Source of the DNA: Amphiscolops sp. MND2022
Taxonomy: Eukaryota
Direction: 5' to 3'
DNA: 64,000 bases
Assembly (NCBI GenBank): GCA_964187785.1
Contig: OZ076409.1
Location: forward strand, 78,680,001-78,744,000
A program made the position numbers and the translations under genes. Below, piece after piece: positions 10,323 through 21,800 of this stretch. Position 1 is the first letter of the stretch. Each line of letters opens with the position of its first letter. Below the pieces are notes generated by a model, which saw only the letters and a program-made list of their open reading frames with translations, did not search any database and was not told the origin of the DNA.

Positions 10323-13300
10323 TTTTCCATGTACGTCGATAGGAGTTCTGGTACTATATGTTTCGGTATGAGGATTTGGTGATGTGTTACTGTGCCATCT
10401 TCTCCGTAGTATTTACGCATGAGTACTCCGTCTTTGACTATTATTCTTTCTTCGTGACGTAGTAGGTTTCGTCCTCTGGGTTCGGTCTTGAGAAGGTGTT
10501 TGTCGTATTCTTCGAGAAGCAGCCGTAGTTTCAATGCTTTCAATATTGGGTCCGCGTCCTGCTCGTTGCGGATGCGGGCGTTTTCCTTGATGGCTCCAAA
10601 GGCGTATACTGCTGAGTTGAGAGGTATGTGCACTGTTTCTGTGACTTCCGTTGTCAAGTTTTGTTGTTCCTTTTCGTCGATTGCTCGTTGTTTGCTAAGG
10701 GCTTTCCTGGCGAAAATTTCTTGTTCTGATTCCTCTTCTTCGTCTGGCAGGAAAAAGAGTTGTTCTTCGTCTGCAACATCTGTAGACTGTAGGTTAACCT
10801 CGATAGGTGCCGTTATGATGTCGCCTCGCAATTTGAGTTGGATTCTCTCTTTTGGAGTTAATTCGAGTCGAGACAGGAAGTCGGCTGCTGTATTTTGCGA
10901 GCCCGCTACGTGCATGATGCGGAATTTGAACTGGAGTACGTAGTCACAGGCATTCCAGAGAGCGGGTGGCGTTGTTTTCGTCTGGAAAAATCTTGTTACT
11001 GATCTGTTGTCTGTCAGTACTAGTGTAGGTAGTGTTGTTTCCCAGAGAATGTGACTATATTCGAGGAATGCATGATATATTGCGAGGAATTCTTTGCAGT
11101 ATATCGACATCTTCAGTTGTGACGGCGAGAATACGCGGGAGCCAAAAGCGACCGGTGCGAAAGCTTTCCGTTTGGAGAGTAGCTTTTTATCGTCGTTTTC
11201 TTCTATCATTAGGGCGTAACCTGATGCCCGGAAGCTTGCGTCCGTCATTAGTACGTATTGTTTTCCCGCAACTGGTTGTCTGAGGGCTAATCCACATGCT
11301 TCCGCTAGGCTTGCGTTGATGGCTTTGAAGTTGTCGACTAATTCTTCTGATATTGTGATTTTGGCATCTGCTTTTAGGAGTTCATACATTCCAATCATTT
11401 TTTCGGACAGTCTTGGTATGTAGTTTCTGTAGTAGTTGATGAATCCAATGTATTTCTGGACTTGTTTCTTTGACCGGGGAAATCTGATTTTTGATAGGAA
11501 GTTGGTGATTTTGTGTTCTTGCGGTGCTACTCCGTGGGGTGTGATGGTTCTTCCTAGGAATTCGATTTGGGTGACACCAAAGTGGCATTTTTCAATTGTG
11601 AGTTTTAGTCCTGCCTTGCGGATGCATTTGAAGACTGCTCTGATGTTCTTGATGAGTTGTTCCGTTGTGTTGGCGGCGATTCCGATGTCGTCCACATATT
11701 GGGCACACTGGTCTGCTTTGATGACGGTGTCGAGGTATTCCCGCATGAAGCTCGAAAAGGCTGACAAGGCTCTACTAAGGCCTTGGGCTAGCCTACGATA
11801 GGCAAACGTTCTACTAGCAAAATTAAATGCAAGGAGTTCTACTGACCTTTGATCTGCCATTTGGAGACAGTGATAGGCTTGTGAGCAATCTAGTTTGCAG
11901 AACAGCTGCTTCCCCGCTAGGTGTTGTGCGGCATCTGAGAGGGTGCTGATGGGGTGGTTGTTGTTTATATAGTCATCTGAGATGAGGGCGTTGATTTTCC
12001 GTAAGTCTACTAGGAGCCGTAGTTTTCCGTTGGGTTTGCGTTGTGCGAAGATGGGGCTGGCATATTTCGAGAATGGGAGGGTTGTGATGATCCCATATTT
12101 GTGCATCAGTGCCAATTCTACTGTGAGGTCGTCTTTGAGGTTGATGGGTACGGGGAGACTCTGTGTATATACCGGTTTGTCGTTTTTGGGAGTTAGGCAT
12201 ACCTTGAACTGGTTGTTCATTCCGATGTCCAGTCGGTGACGTGCAAAAATGTCGTTGAATTCGACTAGTGTGGACTCTAGGTTTTCACGGTCTTCTCCCG
12301 TTATTAGTGAATCATTCCATTTGAATAGCGAGAGGAATTGTGTTCTAGATTTTTCGTCTTGTTTGGGGTCCAGTTCTTCTAGTCTTTGTAGTTCGCGTAG
12401 TTCTCGTAGAATGCGTTGTTGGATGGGTGTGTGTTCCGATTCATCTCCGGGATTTTCGGGAGTTGGGAACCAGAATTTCTCTTCTGTTTGTTCTGACGAA
12501 TCAACTTGCATCAGTGCATTAACGTACGCAACAACATCGTCGTGTTCGGTAAGTAGATTGAGGGCTGCTATGTCTACTGCTCGTATCAATTTCGTTTCTT
12601 CGGGTTTCAGTATTTGTAATTCTGCTAGTTTCGTATGTGGCGTTATTGTATAGGGGAAGTCTGTGGTGTTCGCTATTTTTAACGCAACTCGTTTGTCTCG
12701 GGCTGTTGTTATTGCTGGGGCTACTATGAGTTTTGCATTTTCGTCGAACTGTGGTAAAGGTTGGACTGTCCCAGTTATTGAGTGGTCATTGCTTGTGGTG
12801 ATGGAGGCGTGGATGATTCGTGTGGTTTGGGCTGGTATGGTGTGTTTTTCTTCCGTTTTGATAGTGATGGGTTTGGGATTGCACTTCTGTCTTTCATCTT
12901 TTAGGGCTAGAGTGATTTGTATTTTGGGAAAGTCTATTGTTCCTTGTGCAGTATCTAGGATTGCGGAATGTTTCCGGAGGAATGCCAGGCCAATGATTGG
13001 GTAAGATGTTTTGGTCATGATGATGAAGGTCTCCTCGAACGCGTAATCCCCGATTTTGAATTGTATTGTGTATGTTGCACGGGCTTTTTCGAGTTCTGTG
13101 TTGGCATATTGTATCTTGAAAGGGGGCGGAGGTGCTTTCGCGATTATGGTTGCGTTGGCTTCAGTTTGTATCTTGTTTGCATCTCTTTCACTGATGACGT
13201 TGATGTAGGCTCCCGAGTCGACTAATGCATCAATTCTAGTGTTTTCAAAGTCGAGAGGAATAAAGAGCATTCTTTTCTTCTTTTTGAGGGTAATTGCCGA

Positions 13301-14023
13301 CATTAACGGAATGTAGTCGTTGTCTTTATCATGTTGTATGAATTCTTTTATGATGTTGAGATCGTATGGCAGTTGTTGTGGGCATTCCGTTACTTCGTCG
13401 TCTTCATGATTGTTGTTCTGATTTGGCAATTCAGATGCTGTTGTTGGGGGTGATACTATTTGATCGGCTGTTCCGCGTTGTTCTTTTGCTTGTTGTGACC
13501 ATATTGTTTTATCCTCAATGCAGATAATATTCTCTGCATCTATTGGTGTGTACGTGGTGGTGACGGGTGTTGGCGAGGACTGTGTTGTCTTTTTTAGGAT
13601 TGGTGACAAAGGTGTTGGTAGGGTTGTACTCTCGGTGACTTGAGCTTGAGGATTTGAAACTTGGATCTTAAAAGAGAGTTGGTTTGTGTCATAGATGGCT
13701 GGTTCATCCCAGGGATCACATCTATAGTCTTTATCATATATGTAAATGCGTTCGGTCTTTGATTCTGGTAAGGGTCTTTTTAGTGTCGCGTAGTTATCGG
13801 GCGATTCTGTTATCCATTGGGGTAGTGGTGTTGGGTCTTCTGGGTGTCGTGCATTGTGTCTAAGTATCATGCCTACGTTCCAACGACGTTGCCAGTCTTG
13901 TGTCGGTTCTTCATTGCATTCCGTCATGAAGTCTTCTTCGTAGCGATTTGGGGGGTCTTCTATTGTGTACGCCCTCGCGTCTACCGTTTCCCCGAAGCGG
14001 AGGCGCGGCGTTTTCAGTTTTTT
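10319..14023 (-). CDS. pol: Gypsy A pol: aspartic protease, reverse transcriptase, RNase H
   Basis: LVDSGA protease; RT motifs KLRLLVDLRKIN, KLDCSQAYH, YVDD; RNase H MTDAS...ADFLSR. The frame is open upstream of ATG 13927 to the slippery site. Confidence 0.96.
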   Translation of the reverse strand, partial: KKLKTPRLRFGETVDARAYTIEDPPNRYEEDFMTECNEEPTQDWQRRWNVGMILRHNARHPEDPTPLPQWITESPDNYATLKRPLPESKTERIYIYDKDYRCDPWDEPAIYDTNQLSFKIQVSNPQAQVTESTTLPTPLSPILKKTTQSSPTPVTTTYTPIDAENIICIEDKTIWSQQAKEQRGTADQIVSPPTTASELPNQNNNHEDDEVTECPQQLPYDLNIIKEFIQHDKDNDYIPLMSAITLKKKKRMLFIPLDFENTRIDALVDSGAYINVISERDANKIQTEANATIIAKAPPPPFKIQYANTELEKARATYTIQFKIGDYAFEETFIIMTKTSYPIIGLAFLRKHSAILDTAQGTIDFPKIQITLALKDERQKCNPKPITIKTEEKHTIPAQTTRIIHASITTSNDHSITGTVQPLPQFDENAKLIVAPAITTARDKRVALKIANTTDFPYTITPHTKLAELQILKPEETKLIRAVDIAALNLLTEHDDVVAYVNALMQVDSSEQTEEKFWFPTPENPGDESEHTPIQQRILRELRELQRLEELDPKQDEKSRTQFLSLFKWNDSLITGEDRENLESTLVEFNDIFARHRLDIGMNNQFKVCLTPKNDKPVYTQSLPVPINLKDDLTVELALMHKYGIITTLPFSKYASPIFAQRKPNGKLRLLVDLRKINALISDDYINNNHPISTLSDAAQHLAGKQLFCKLDCSQAYHCLQMADQRSVELLAFNFASRTFAYRRLAQGLSRALSAFSSFMREYLDTVIKADQCAQYVDDIGIAANTTEQLIKNIRAVFKCIRKAGLKLTIEKCHFGVTQIEFLGRTITPHGVAPQEHKITNFLSKIRFPRSKKQVQKYIGFINYYRNYIPRLSEKMIGMYELLKADAKITISEELVDNFKAINASLAEACGLALRQPVAGKQYVLMTDASFRASGYALMIEENDDKKLLSKRKAFAPVAFGSRVFSPSQLKMSIYCKEFLAIYHAFLEYSHILWETTLPTLVLTDNRSVTRFFQTKTTPPALWNACDYVLQFKFRIMHVAGSQNTAADFLSRLELTPKERIQLKLRGDIITAPIEVNLQSTDVADEEQLFFLPDEEEESEQEIFARKALSKQRAIDEKEQQNLTTEVTETVHIPLNSAVYAFGAIKENARIRNEQDADPILKALKLRLLLEEYDKHLLKTEPRGRNLLRHEERIIVKDGVLMRKYYGEDGTVTHHQILIPKHIVPELLSTYMEK
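13970..14023 (-). promoter_or_regulatory. Programmed -1 ribosomal frameshift signal (A AAA AAC plus GC-rich stem-loop)
   Basis: Heptamer at 14023-14017 directly before the gag TGA; 6-nt spacer, then a CGCCGCG...CGCGAGGGCG stem; pol is in the -1 frame. Confidence 0.85.
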
Positions 14024-15309
14024 GGCTGGATTTCAACAGTGGGGATTGGTTGTTCGCTGATTTGGCTGGTAGGGATTGTGAATTCATGACGTTTCTTCCT
14101 GGGGTCATTCGCCGCGTTAGCTCCGTACCAGCAGTTCTCGGTTTTGTGGAGTTTTCCGCAAGTGTCGCACTTTGGTTTGGGTGGTTCAATGGTGTTGGGG
14201 GCGCCGTTCCGTGCTTTAGTTTCGTAGTAACGATCTTTTCGTAATTTGCGGCATTGTGCTTTATAATGCCCCTGTTTGCCACAGTGGAAGCAACTTCCTC
14301 GTTGGGTGAGTTCCTTTTTTGGTTCCGGTGGGACGACGTCGACCGTATTTAGTGGTACTAGTGTGGTTTCGTCTGGGGCTCCCAGGCCATTAAGGCGCAT
14401 CTCTCGTTCGAGATGTAGGACAATATCATTATAGGGTTTGTCCTCGAGGTAGGCTCGGTTGAGGATCTTTTTGACGTGGTCTGGCATTTTGGCGTATATG
14501 GCCTTGTCTATAAATTTTTGTGCTTCAGAGCCGAACGCTTCTTTAGCCGTTTTTTGCAGTGTATCCAAAAATTCATGTAGTTTTTGTTTGGTTGGGTCAA
14601 AATGTAGCGAGTCCCATTCGCATCTCGCTTTGGCAGAAGATTGGAAATCTCCGAAGCGTCGTTTGAACGCCGTAATTACTTCCTCTAAATTATCTTTTTT
14701 GGCATCATCTAAGTTGCAATATGCCTGTAGTGCATTGCCTCGTAGTAGTGAGTGGAAGTAGTTGATTTTTTGGATTTCTGTTAGATGTGGGTACATTTTT
14801 ATGTTGTTCCGGAATAAGTCCTCGAAAAGTTCGAATTTTTCTGACTTACCATCGAATACAGGCAGTGATGCAGTGAGTGCTTTGGGCATTGGGGGTAGGT
14901 GGGGCAGCTGGTGTATTTCTGGTTGGGGAGCGAAGAGTAGTCGTGATGTCGAAGGACGTTCGTTGGGTGGCAAACTTTGTGGGCGATGCGGTCGTGTTTT
15001 CTTCTTTCCGAGGTTCGTTGAGTCATTGAGGACTCCTGTCACCATGTTACGACTATTTATCGGGGTGATTTTTCGATTAGTCGCAGTGGTTTTATTTTTG
15101 ATTGGTGTCGAAGTTATGTTTTCCGGAATATTTTCGGACTCAGAATCTGTTTCTTCAGCAGTAGCTGTGACAGTTTGTTTTTTAACAGGAGCAGCTATTA
15201 GTTTTAACATCTCCTTTTGATTTTCGGCTAAAATTTTGGTGAGATCAGACATGATTTCCTTTCTTAGTGAAGACTTGATTTCCTCTAGATTTTCAGTGGT
15301 TACTCTAGG
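14014..15309 (-). CDS. gag: Gypsy A gag, main part; its N-terminus lies at 24643-24527, beyond the BEL insertion
   Basis: Capsid-like LPVFDGKSEKFELFEDLF; knuckles CFHCGKQGHYKAQC and CDTCGKLHKTENC. Removing the BEL element and one TSD copy restores a 470-aa ORF. Confidence 0.93.
   Translation of the reverse strand, partial: PRVTTENLEEIKSSLRKEIMSDLTKILAENQKEMLKLIAAPVKKQTVTATAEETDSESENIPENITSTPIKNKTTATNRKITPINSRNMVTGVLNDSTNLGKKKTRPHRPQSLPPNERPSTSRLLFAPQPEIHQLPHLPPMPKALTASLPVFDGKSEKFELFEDLFRNNIKMYPHLTEIQKINYFHSLLRGNALQAYCNLDDAKKDNLEEVITAFKRRFGDFQSSAKARCEWDSLHFDPTKQKLHEFLDTLQKTAKEAFGSEAQKFIDKAIYAKMPDHVKKILNRAYLEDKPYNDIVLHLEREMRLNGLGAPDETTLVPLNTVDVVPPEPKKELTQRGSCFHCGKQGHYKAQCRKLRKDRYYETKARNGAPNTIEPPKPKCDTCGKLHKTENCWYGANAANDPRKKRHEFTIPTSQISEQPIPTVEIQPKN
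15030..15044 (-). other. Primer-binding site of Gypsy A (TGGTGACAGGAGTCC)
   Basis: TGG immediately follows the CA end of the 5' LTR; the priming tRNA was not identified. Confidence 0.75.
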
Positions 15310-15657
15310 TAAAGAAACTGTATTTTCGAATCGCCTTCGGCTAATAATACAGTCCGTTTGCAAAGAGTTTTTTGAACGCAATATTAAAACATTCAAAGAC
15401 ATCAGTGAATAAATCGAAACAACTTGCAAAAGATCAATATTGTTTACAAATATAATTAAACAAATTAAAGTTTCGAGATAGCAAATTATTTGAATGATAT
15501 TTGAAAAATATATTTTACTATTTTCAGAAGTAGCAAATATTTGACGGTTTCGGGAATCGAACCGGTAACCTTCAAATTCCGAGTCCCATACTCTACCGAC
15601 CGTGCTACGGTCACTTAATTTTGTTTGTTTTAATTCAACCATATTTGCTTTGCAACA
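15310..15657 (-). repeat. BEL 3' LTR (348 bp)
   Basis: No difference seen from 24174-24521; preceded on the minus strand by the PPT-like GGGCCCGGAGGA. Confidence 0.95.
15541..15614 (-). ncRNA. tRNA-like Pol III cassette inside the BEL LTR (second copy 24405-24478); not a functional tRNA
   Basis: Minus strand reads GTGACCG-TAGCACGGTCGGTAGAGT-ATGGGACTCGGAATTTGA-AGGTT-ACCGGTTCGATTCCCG: A box, anticodon-like loop and B box at tRNA spacing, but the stems pair poorly. Confidence 0.65.
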
Positions 15658-15816
15658 TCCTCCGGGCCCAAGAAGGTGTGAATGCAAAAAACTGAAAAAA
15701 CTTTTTTACTATTTTTTTTTCGGAAAACGGTTTACATGGAATTTTGATGTACATGTTACATTTTACTCATATTAGGCATGATTACAAGCAAGAACAAAAT
15801 TGAAGAAGGTTGAAGA

Positions 15817-18800
15817 TTAGGAAAGATTGGGAGAATCCGGGGACGGGAGAACGGGTGCGAGTTTGACGATGGGTCGAACTAAGTTTCCTGTTGCTGTTTT
15901 CAGTTCTGCAGAGCGGGCGACTGAGTCGGTTCCGTAGTTCAACTTAACCACTCGCGCAAGTGGGTAATGTCCTCGTGGACTCGTCGGTTCGACAATCCAG
16001 ACGAGGTCTCCGGTGATGAGATCTCGCTCTGGTGGAGCCGACCACTTTGAACGACGGTTAAGTGAAGGGACGTACTCTCTTAACCAGCGTTCCCAAATAG
16101 CATCAGAATATGCTTGAGCACGGACGTAACGCTTACGGTGGTCAATGTCAGCACGTTGGTGAGATGGCATCGTGGAACCCGCGGTTCCCAACAGGAAGTG
16201 ATTAGGTGTCAGAGCGTCTAAATCCGTGGCGTCTGAACTTGCAGGTACGAGTGGGCGGGAATTGAGACTCTGCTCGACTAAACAAAACGTAGTTGTCAAA
16301 ATCTCATCTGTTAGTCGCCGGTTTCCAAGAATCGCGTAGAAGATGTGTTTAAAACTCCTTACAATACGTTCCCAGACACCTCCATGGTGGGGAGCACTTG
16401 GAGGATTAAACTTCCATTGGATCCGTTTTTTGACGAGCGTTTCCGACAAGGTTTGTTGGTTCCAAGCTGCTACGTTTTGTAACAATTCCTTTTCGCTGGC
16501 AACGAAATTTGTTCCATTGTCAGACCACAAGACAGATGGAGTGCCCCGGCGGGCAGCGAAGCGCTCTATTCCCATCACACAACTACTAGTGTCCATGGTA
16601 GGGACAACTTCGAAGTGAACGGCTCTAGTAGTAAGACAGGTGAAAAGGAAACCCCATCGTTTCTCTGTTGACCTTTTAACAGAAACGTAGAAAGGTCCGA
16701 AGTAGTCGATGCCAGTATTGGTGAAAGGAGGTTCTCTGTAAGCTAGTCTTTCGCGGGGAAGATCTGCCATTATCGGATTGATTGTATTAGCTCGTCGTTT
16801 CCAGCATGTAACACACTTCGAGACAACTGTTCGCAGGGATGCTCTAAGTTTGACGATAGCGAACTGTTGTTGCACTAGCGCCCTCAAATAGTCAATACCT
16901 TGATGACAGTGTGTTTGATGGAGATGTTCTAAGAAAAGCCGGATAACAGGATGTCGGCTGTCGAGTAGAACTGGGTGTTTGGCATCAAAGTTGGACACTT
17001 CGAGTCGTTTCGTTCGACCGGTTGCTCGCAAGAGGCCTTGAGGCCCAATGAAGGGGGAAAATTGAAGGATTTTGGAAGTACTGTTGAGTGGAGATCCTTT
17101 CAACAGACTCGTCTTCTCTGTAGGAAAAGACTCATGTTGCACGAGGTAGAAAAGTCTACATTGAGCATTCTCTAGTTCTTGGGGATCAGTGACAGAGCCC
17201 GAAATGGAACGGTATCCTTCGTTTTTCGGCAGTAAGCGCAAAGCGTAGGCAACAACGCGCAGGAGTTTCTCGTACGAGCTGTACTTCTGCCACTCGAAAG
17301 TTGATGCGATGCTAGCTACTGTTGCACTTAATGCAGTGTCAGTTTCGAAAGTAGTGTAATTGGTTTCATGAAGCTCTGTCGTTTTTGCTTTCAGTTTGAA
17401 TTTCACGTTTGTTGGTGGTACAAATGGCCAGTCGGGAGTTTTCAGAAACGAAGGTCCGGTGAGCCAAGGGCTGTCGCGAAGTGACTTGGCACAAATTCCG
17501 CGTGTCCCAGCATCTGCCGGGTTATCACTTGACTTCACATAGTTCCATTCGTCTACCGTACTGAGTTCTAGGATTTCTGCTTCACGGTTTGTAACAAAGA
17601 CTGGCTGCTTTTCTAACGAGTTGAGCCAATGCAGGACCGTCGTGCTGTCAGTCCACATGAAAATCTTGTCAATCTTTAACGTGAGGGCATTTTGAATTTC
17701 TTTTCGAAGTCGTGCGGCGAGTAATGAGGCCTGTAACTCGAGCTTGGGAATCGTGAGGGCTTTCATAGGTGCCACTCTAGCTTTTCCGAAGACGAAAGCT
17801 AGTTCGGTACAGGTGCGGTTAGCAGCGGTTACCTTTCCTCGTAAAAAGGCGACGGCGCTGAAAACATCTTGTGAGCTATCACCAAACATGTGAAGCTCCA
17901 TTGATTCCACACGTCCTTCGAAGTAGCTCCTTGGTATTTCAATTTCGCCCAACGTTGTTAACTCTTCACTCCATTCAATGAACTTGGTTACAATCTCATC
18001 TGGTAGGTCATCGTCCCATTGTTGACCACTTAGTCTCCAGATGTCTTTCAACAATAACCTCGCTTGAACGGTGTAGGGAGCCACGAGGCCAATTGGGTCG
18101 TACACCGCTGAAACTAAGCTCAACACTACCCGTTGTGTTATCTTTTTCGTGGTGTCGGGACTTGTGCCTCGACTCACTACAAGGGTATCAGTTGAGTGAT
18201 TCCATTTGAGTCCCAAAACGTGGGAACACTCTTCAGCGATTGGTATTTCTTTTTCTTGATTCGATGTGAGGTCTGGTTCGAGCTTGGTTGGCAGCTGGCT
18301 CACGTTAGAAACGAATTTGGTTAGCTTGAACCCGCCTTTTGCAAGTAGCTTTACTAGGTCCTTCGCTTTGTTGCTGGCATCTTCCACGGTAGGACTTGAT
18401 TCCAGGTAGTCGTCCATGTAGAAGCTTCGATGGACACTTTGAGCTGCTTGCGGAAAATCGCTTTGATTGTCGGTACCGGTCCGTTTCAACGCGTAGTTGG
18501 CGCACGTGGGCGAGTCTTTGGAGCCAAAGATATGCCGGGTGTATTGGTATACAGCTATTTCGGAAGTTGGGTCTTCCCGCCACAGGAAACGAAGTGACGG
18601 TCGGTCGCGTGGAATAACTCCAACTTGGAGAAACATTCCTTCTATGTCGGCGGAGACAGCATACTTGAACTGTCGGAAACGAATTAGGATGTGGATTAAA
18701 CTTTGTAGCAAATCCGGTCCAGTTAACAAGGCGTTGTTCAGGGATTTACTTTGAAACTTTGCTGTTCCGTTCAAAACTCTGCGGACTTTGCCAGGTTTAT

Positions 18801-21800
18801 GTGGGTGGACAACTGGGTGGTGCGGCAGATACCACTCGCGAGGGTTGTCCACTTTGAAGCAGTCTGTTTTGTCGATTTTTTCAATATACCCTTTCTCTAA
18901 GTCATCTTGGATTGTTTTACCGTAGTGTTGTTTCAACTCGGGGTCTTTGCTGAAGCGCCTTTCCAGTGATTTTAGCTGTACCAGGGCAGAAAAGTAGTTA
19001 TTCGGCAAGCTACTTCCGTCTTCTGCCCACAACATTCCCACTTGGTACCGGCAACCATCGTGGTACGTTGTTTCGTCAAGTATTTTCGACGCCCTCGCGT
19101 CGGCAGCGGAGCGCGAATCTGCTTGTTTGTACGTTCCGTACGATTCCATATCGTACCAGCTACGTAGTTGGTCAACAAGTTCGGTATCCAATTGTTTGTC
19201 ACAAGTAACAGCTTTAAAACATGTTGAATAGAAACCCGAGGTCGACGGTAGTGGCCCACTCAAAACCCAGCCCAATGGTAGACGGACGGCAACTGGAGTA
19301 TTTTTGCGGTCGGAATCAAAATACTCCAGCGGGCGGATCGAGTGAAACACATCCTGACCAAGGATCATTTCCACATCAGCGTAACTGTACTTTTTCAAAG
19401 CGATTGGTTCGAGGTGTGGGTACTTTGTTTTCAAAAAATCGACGTCAATGAAGTCAGTTCCAACACTAAGGTCCTCCCTGACGTACGGTTTTACAACAAA
19501 GGGCGAGCAAGAGCCACCTGAATGAACGGGTGTCAACTTAAGCTCTACAATTTGTGTGTCAACAACTTGGTTAGAATTAATCCCGTGGACGGTGAGTTGG
19601 GTTGGTTTGCCATTAACATTCAACTTTTTTGCCAGATTCGCGGAGATCCAGGAATGGCTGCAGGCAGAATCACACAGCGCTAAAACTTTTTCCGACTTAC
19701 CATGTGACTGAAGTTCGACTTCCGTTACTTGTAGTAATCCTTTGACATCTGTGACGGAAGGCATGCCTGAGCTTTCTTCTGGTTTCTCGCTGTTTATCGA
19801 TGTGCCAATGCAACCAGATGTTTCGGGTTTTACTTTGCTGCTACTGACAGCATTCTTTGTGAAAATCCGCTCAGCTCCGTGCAAGAAGGTGTTGTGTGAG
19901 CTTTCACATCCATCTTTGGTGCACTTGCGGGGCTGTGGACACTGTCGGAACGAGTGATTGGGTTGGAAGCACGAAAAACAAAGCTTGTTGTCCGCCACAA
20001 TTCTTGCTCTTTCCGTGGGTGTCTTTTTTCTGAAAACTGGACATCTCCACAACGGGTGTTTGTCTTTACAGGCGACACAGTTTGACAGTTGTTCCACTTT
20101 ACTCTTCGAATTCGAACGTTGTTGGCTAGACGAGGCTGTCGAGGCAAAAACTTTGGAGACAGTTTTAGTCTTGGTTGCAGTGATGGTACTGTCTTCGGTT
20201 TTTGGCTTGAGGGACGCTGACTTCATGCGCTCGTGCGCTTCAGCCTTATCTTTTAGCCAGTCGTTGAAATCGATCAGTGTTGGCCTGTCCAATGTTCGCT
20301 TCACCGTGTGCATTGACCATGCTTCTTTCATATTCGGTGGAAGCTTTTGCACCGCTTGTCCCAGCAGTGATGCACTGGATAGATCTTGAAGGTAATTCAA
20401 AGAGCGGAAGACTCCGACTAAAGAACAGATGGTCGCCGAGTAACTGATGATGTTCTCACTGTTGTGCATCTTTAGAGGTGGGAAGTTCGATAACTTGTCG
20501 AGGTACGCAGTTACTACAGTCTGGGGCTGGCCGAATTTTCGCTCTAAAGCCTTTAACGCGTCTTTATACATTGCTCCACAGTAAGCGAATTCGGAAATAG
20601 CCGTCTTGGCTTTACCTGTTACGAGGGTCTTCAGGTATGTTAGCTTGACATCGTCTGTTAGTGGGGCCGAATCGATAGCGCTTTTGAATTGGCCGAACCA
20701 CTCGTGCCACTGTAGCGGATCGCCACTGTATTGCGCTAACTTCCACTCGGGCAGATGGTCTTTCTTCGTTGAAGCTAACAAAAGCGCAAGATCTTGAAGA
20801 GAAAACCCAGTTGTACTTGGTTGCTGTATCAACGTGGTTCCTGCAGGCACAAAAGTTGGAGCGGTTGGACTCAAAGTCGTGGTTGGTTGCGTTGTGGTAT
20901 ATACAGTGGGGTTACTAAGAGTTGTCAGCGGAACATAATACACAGCTCCCCCACGCGTAACGGGTATTGATGGTACGCTGCTGACCGGTGTGATAGCTAC
21001 AGGAATGGTAGACACACTTGTGGGAGGTGTCTGGGGTGAAGCTGTTGTAACAATTGGTGTCGGATTAATGGTCGGGTTAGGGAATGTCCATGCGGATAAG
21101 TTCGGTAGGAGGTGGTTCACCGGCATTGTGAACGTTGGCATCCTTGGCGGTACCAATGGCGGCTGCGGGACGTGTGAGAAAGTACTGGTTGCCTGGAGAA
21201 TAGGCAACTGTTGTGAAATGGCCGATGTTGATGGTCCGGGGACTGGCACGGTAGGTTCCGTAGGTGTAAGTGATGTTACTGCCTGTGCTACAGCATTAGG
21301 ACCCACGGTTGGCACCGGGACAACTGTTGTTGGGACACCAACTGCTGTTGGCGCTTGGTTTGTACCGTCCGGTGTCATGGTAGTTGGATCAGCATTACCC
21401 AGTGGCGGAAGCGAAGATGTCACTGCGGTAGTAGTAGCAATCGACGTTGCAATGCCAATGGGAACCACTGCTTGCGGTTGGTTATTGTTGATAGTAACAA
21501 CCGGGGAGTTGTTGATCCATTCGTTTATCCTTTGATTCTCGTTGGCTGCGCTTGTACCACTCAGTCGTGACAAAGTTTCGTGCAAATCCTCGTTGGCTTC
21601 GGAAAGATCATCTTGGAGTTCCAACTCCACAAGGTGAGCTGCTGCCAGTCGTTTCCGGTTTTCTTCTTGTAGCTGCTCTAATTCGAGCTCTTGCTTCTGC
21701 TTAGCTAGTCGTAAAGCGGCTTCGTTCTGCCTTTCTACCTCTTCTCGCTTATGCTGAGCAATAAGCAATTCGCGTTGTCTTTGACTGGAGGACTTAGATA

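Noticed and set aside
14014..15687. 557-aa ORF as the native gag
   Set aside because: Its N-terminus is BEL sequence (mostly LTR); the native start is at 24643 in the Gypsy LTR.
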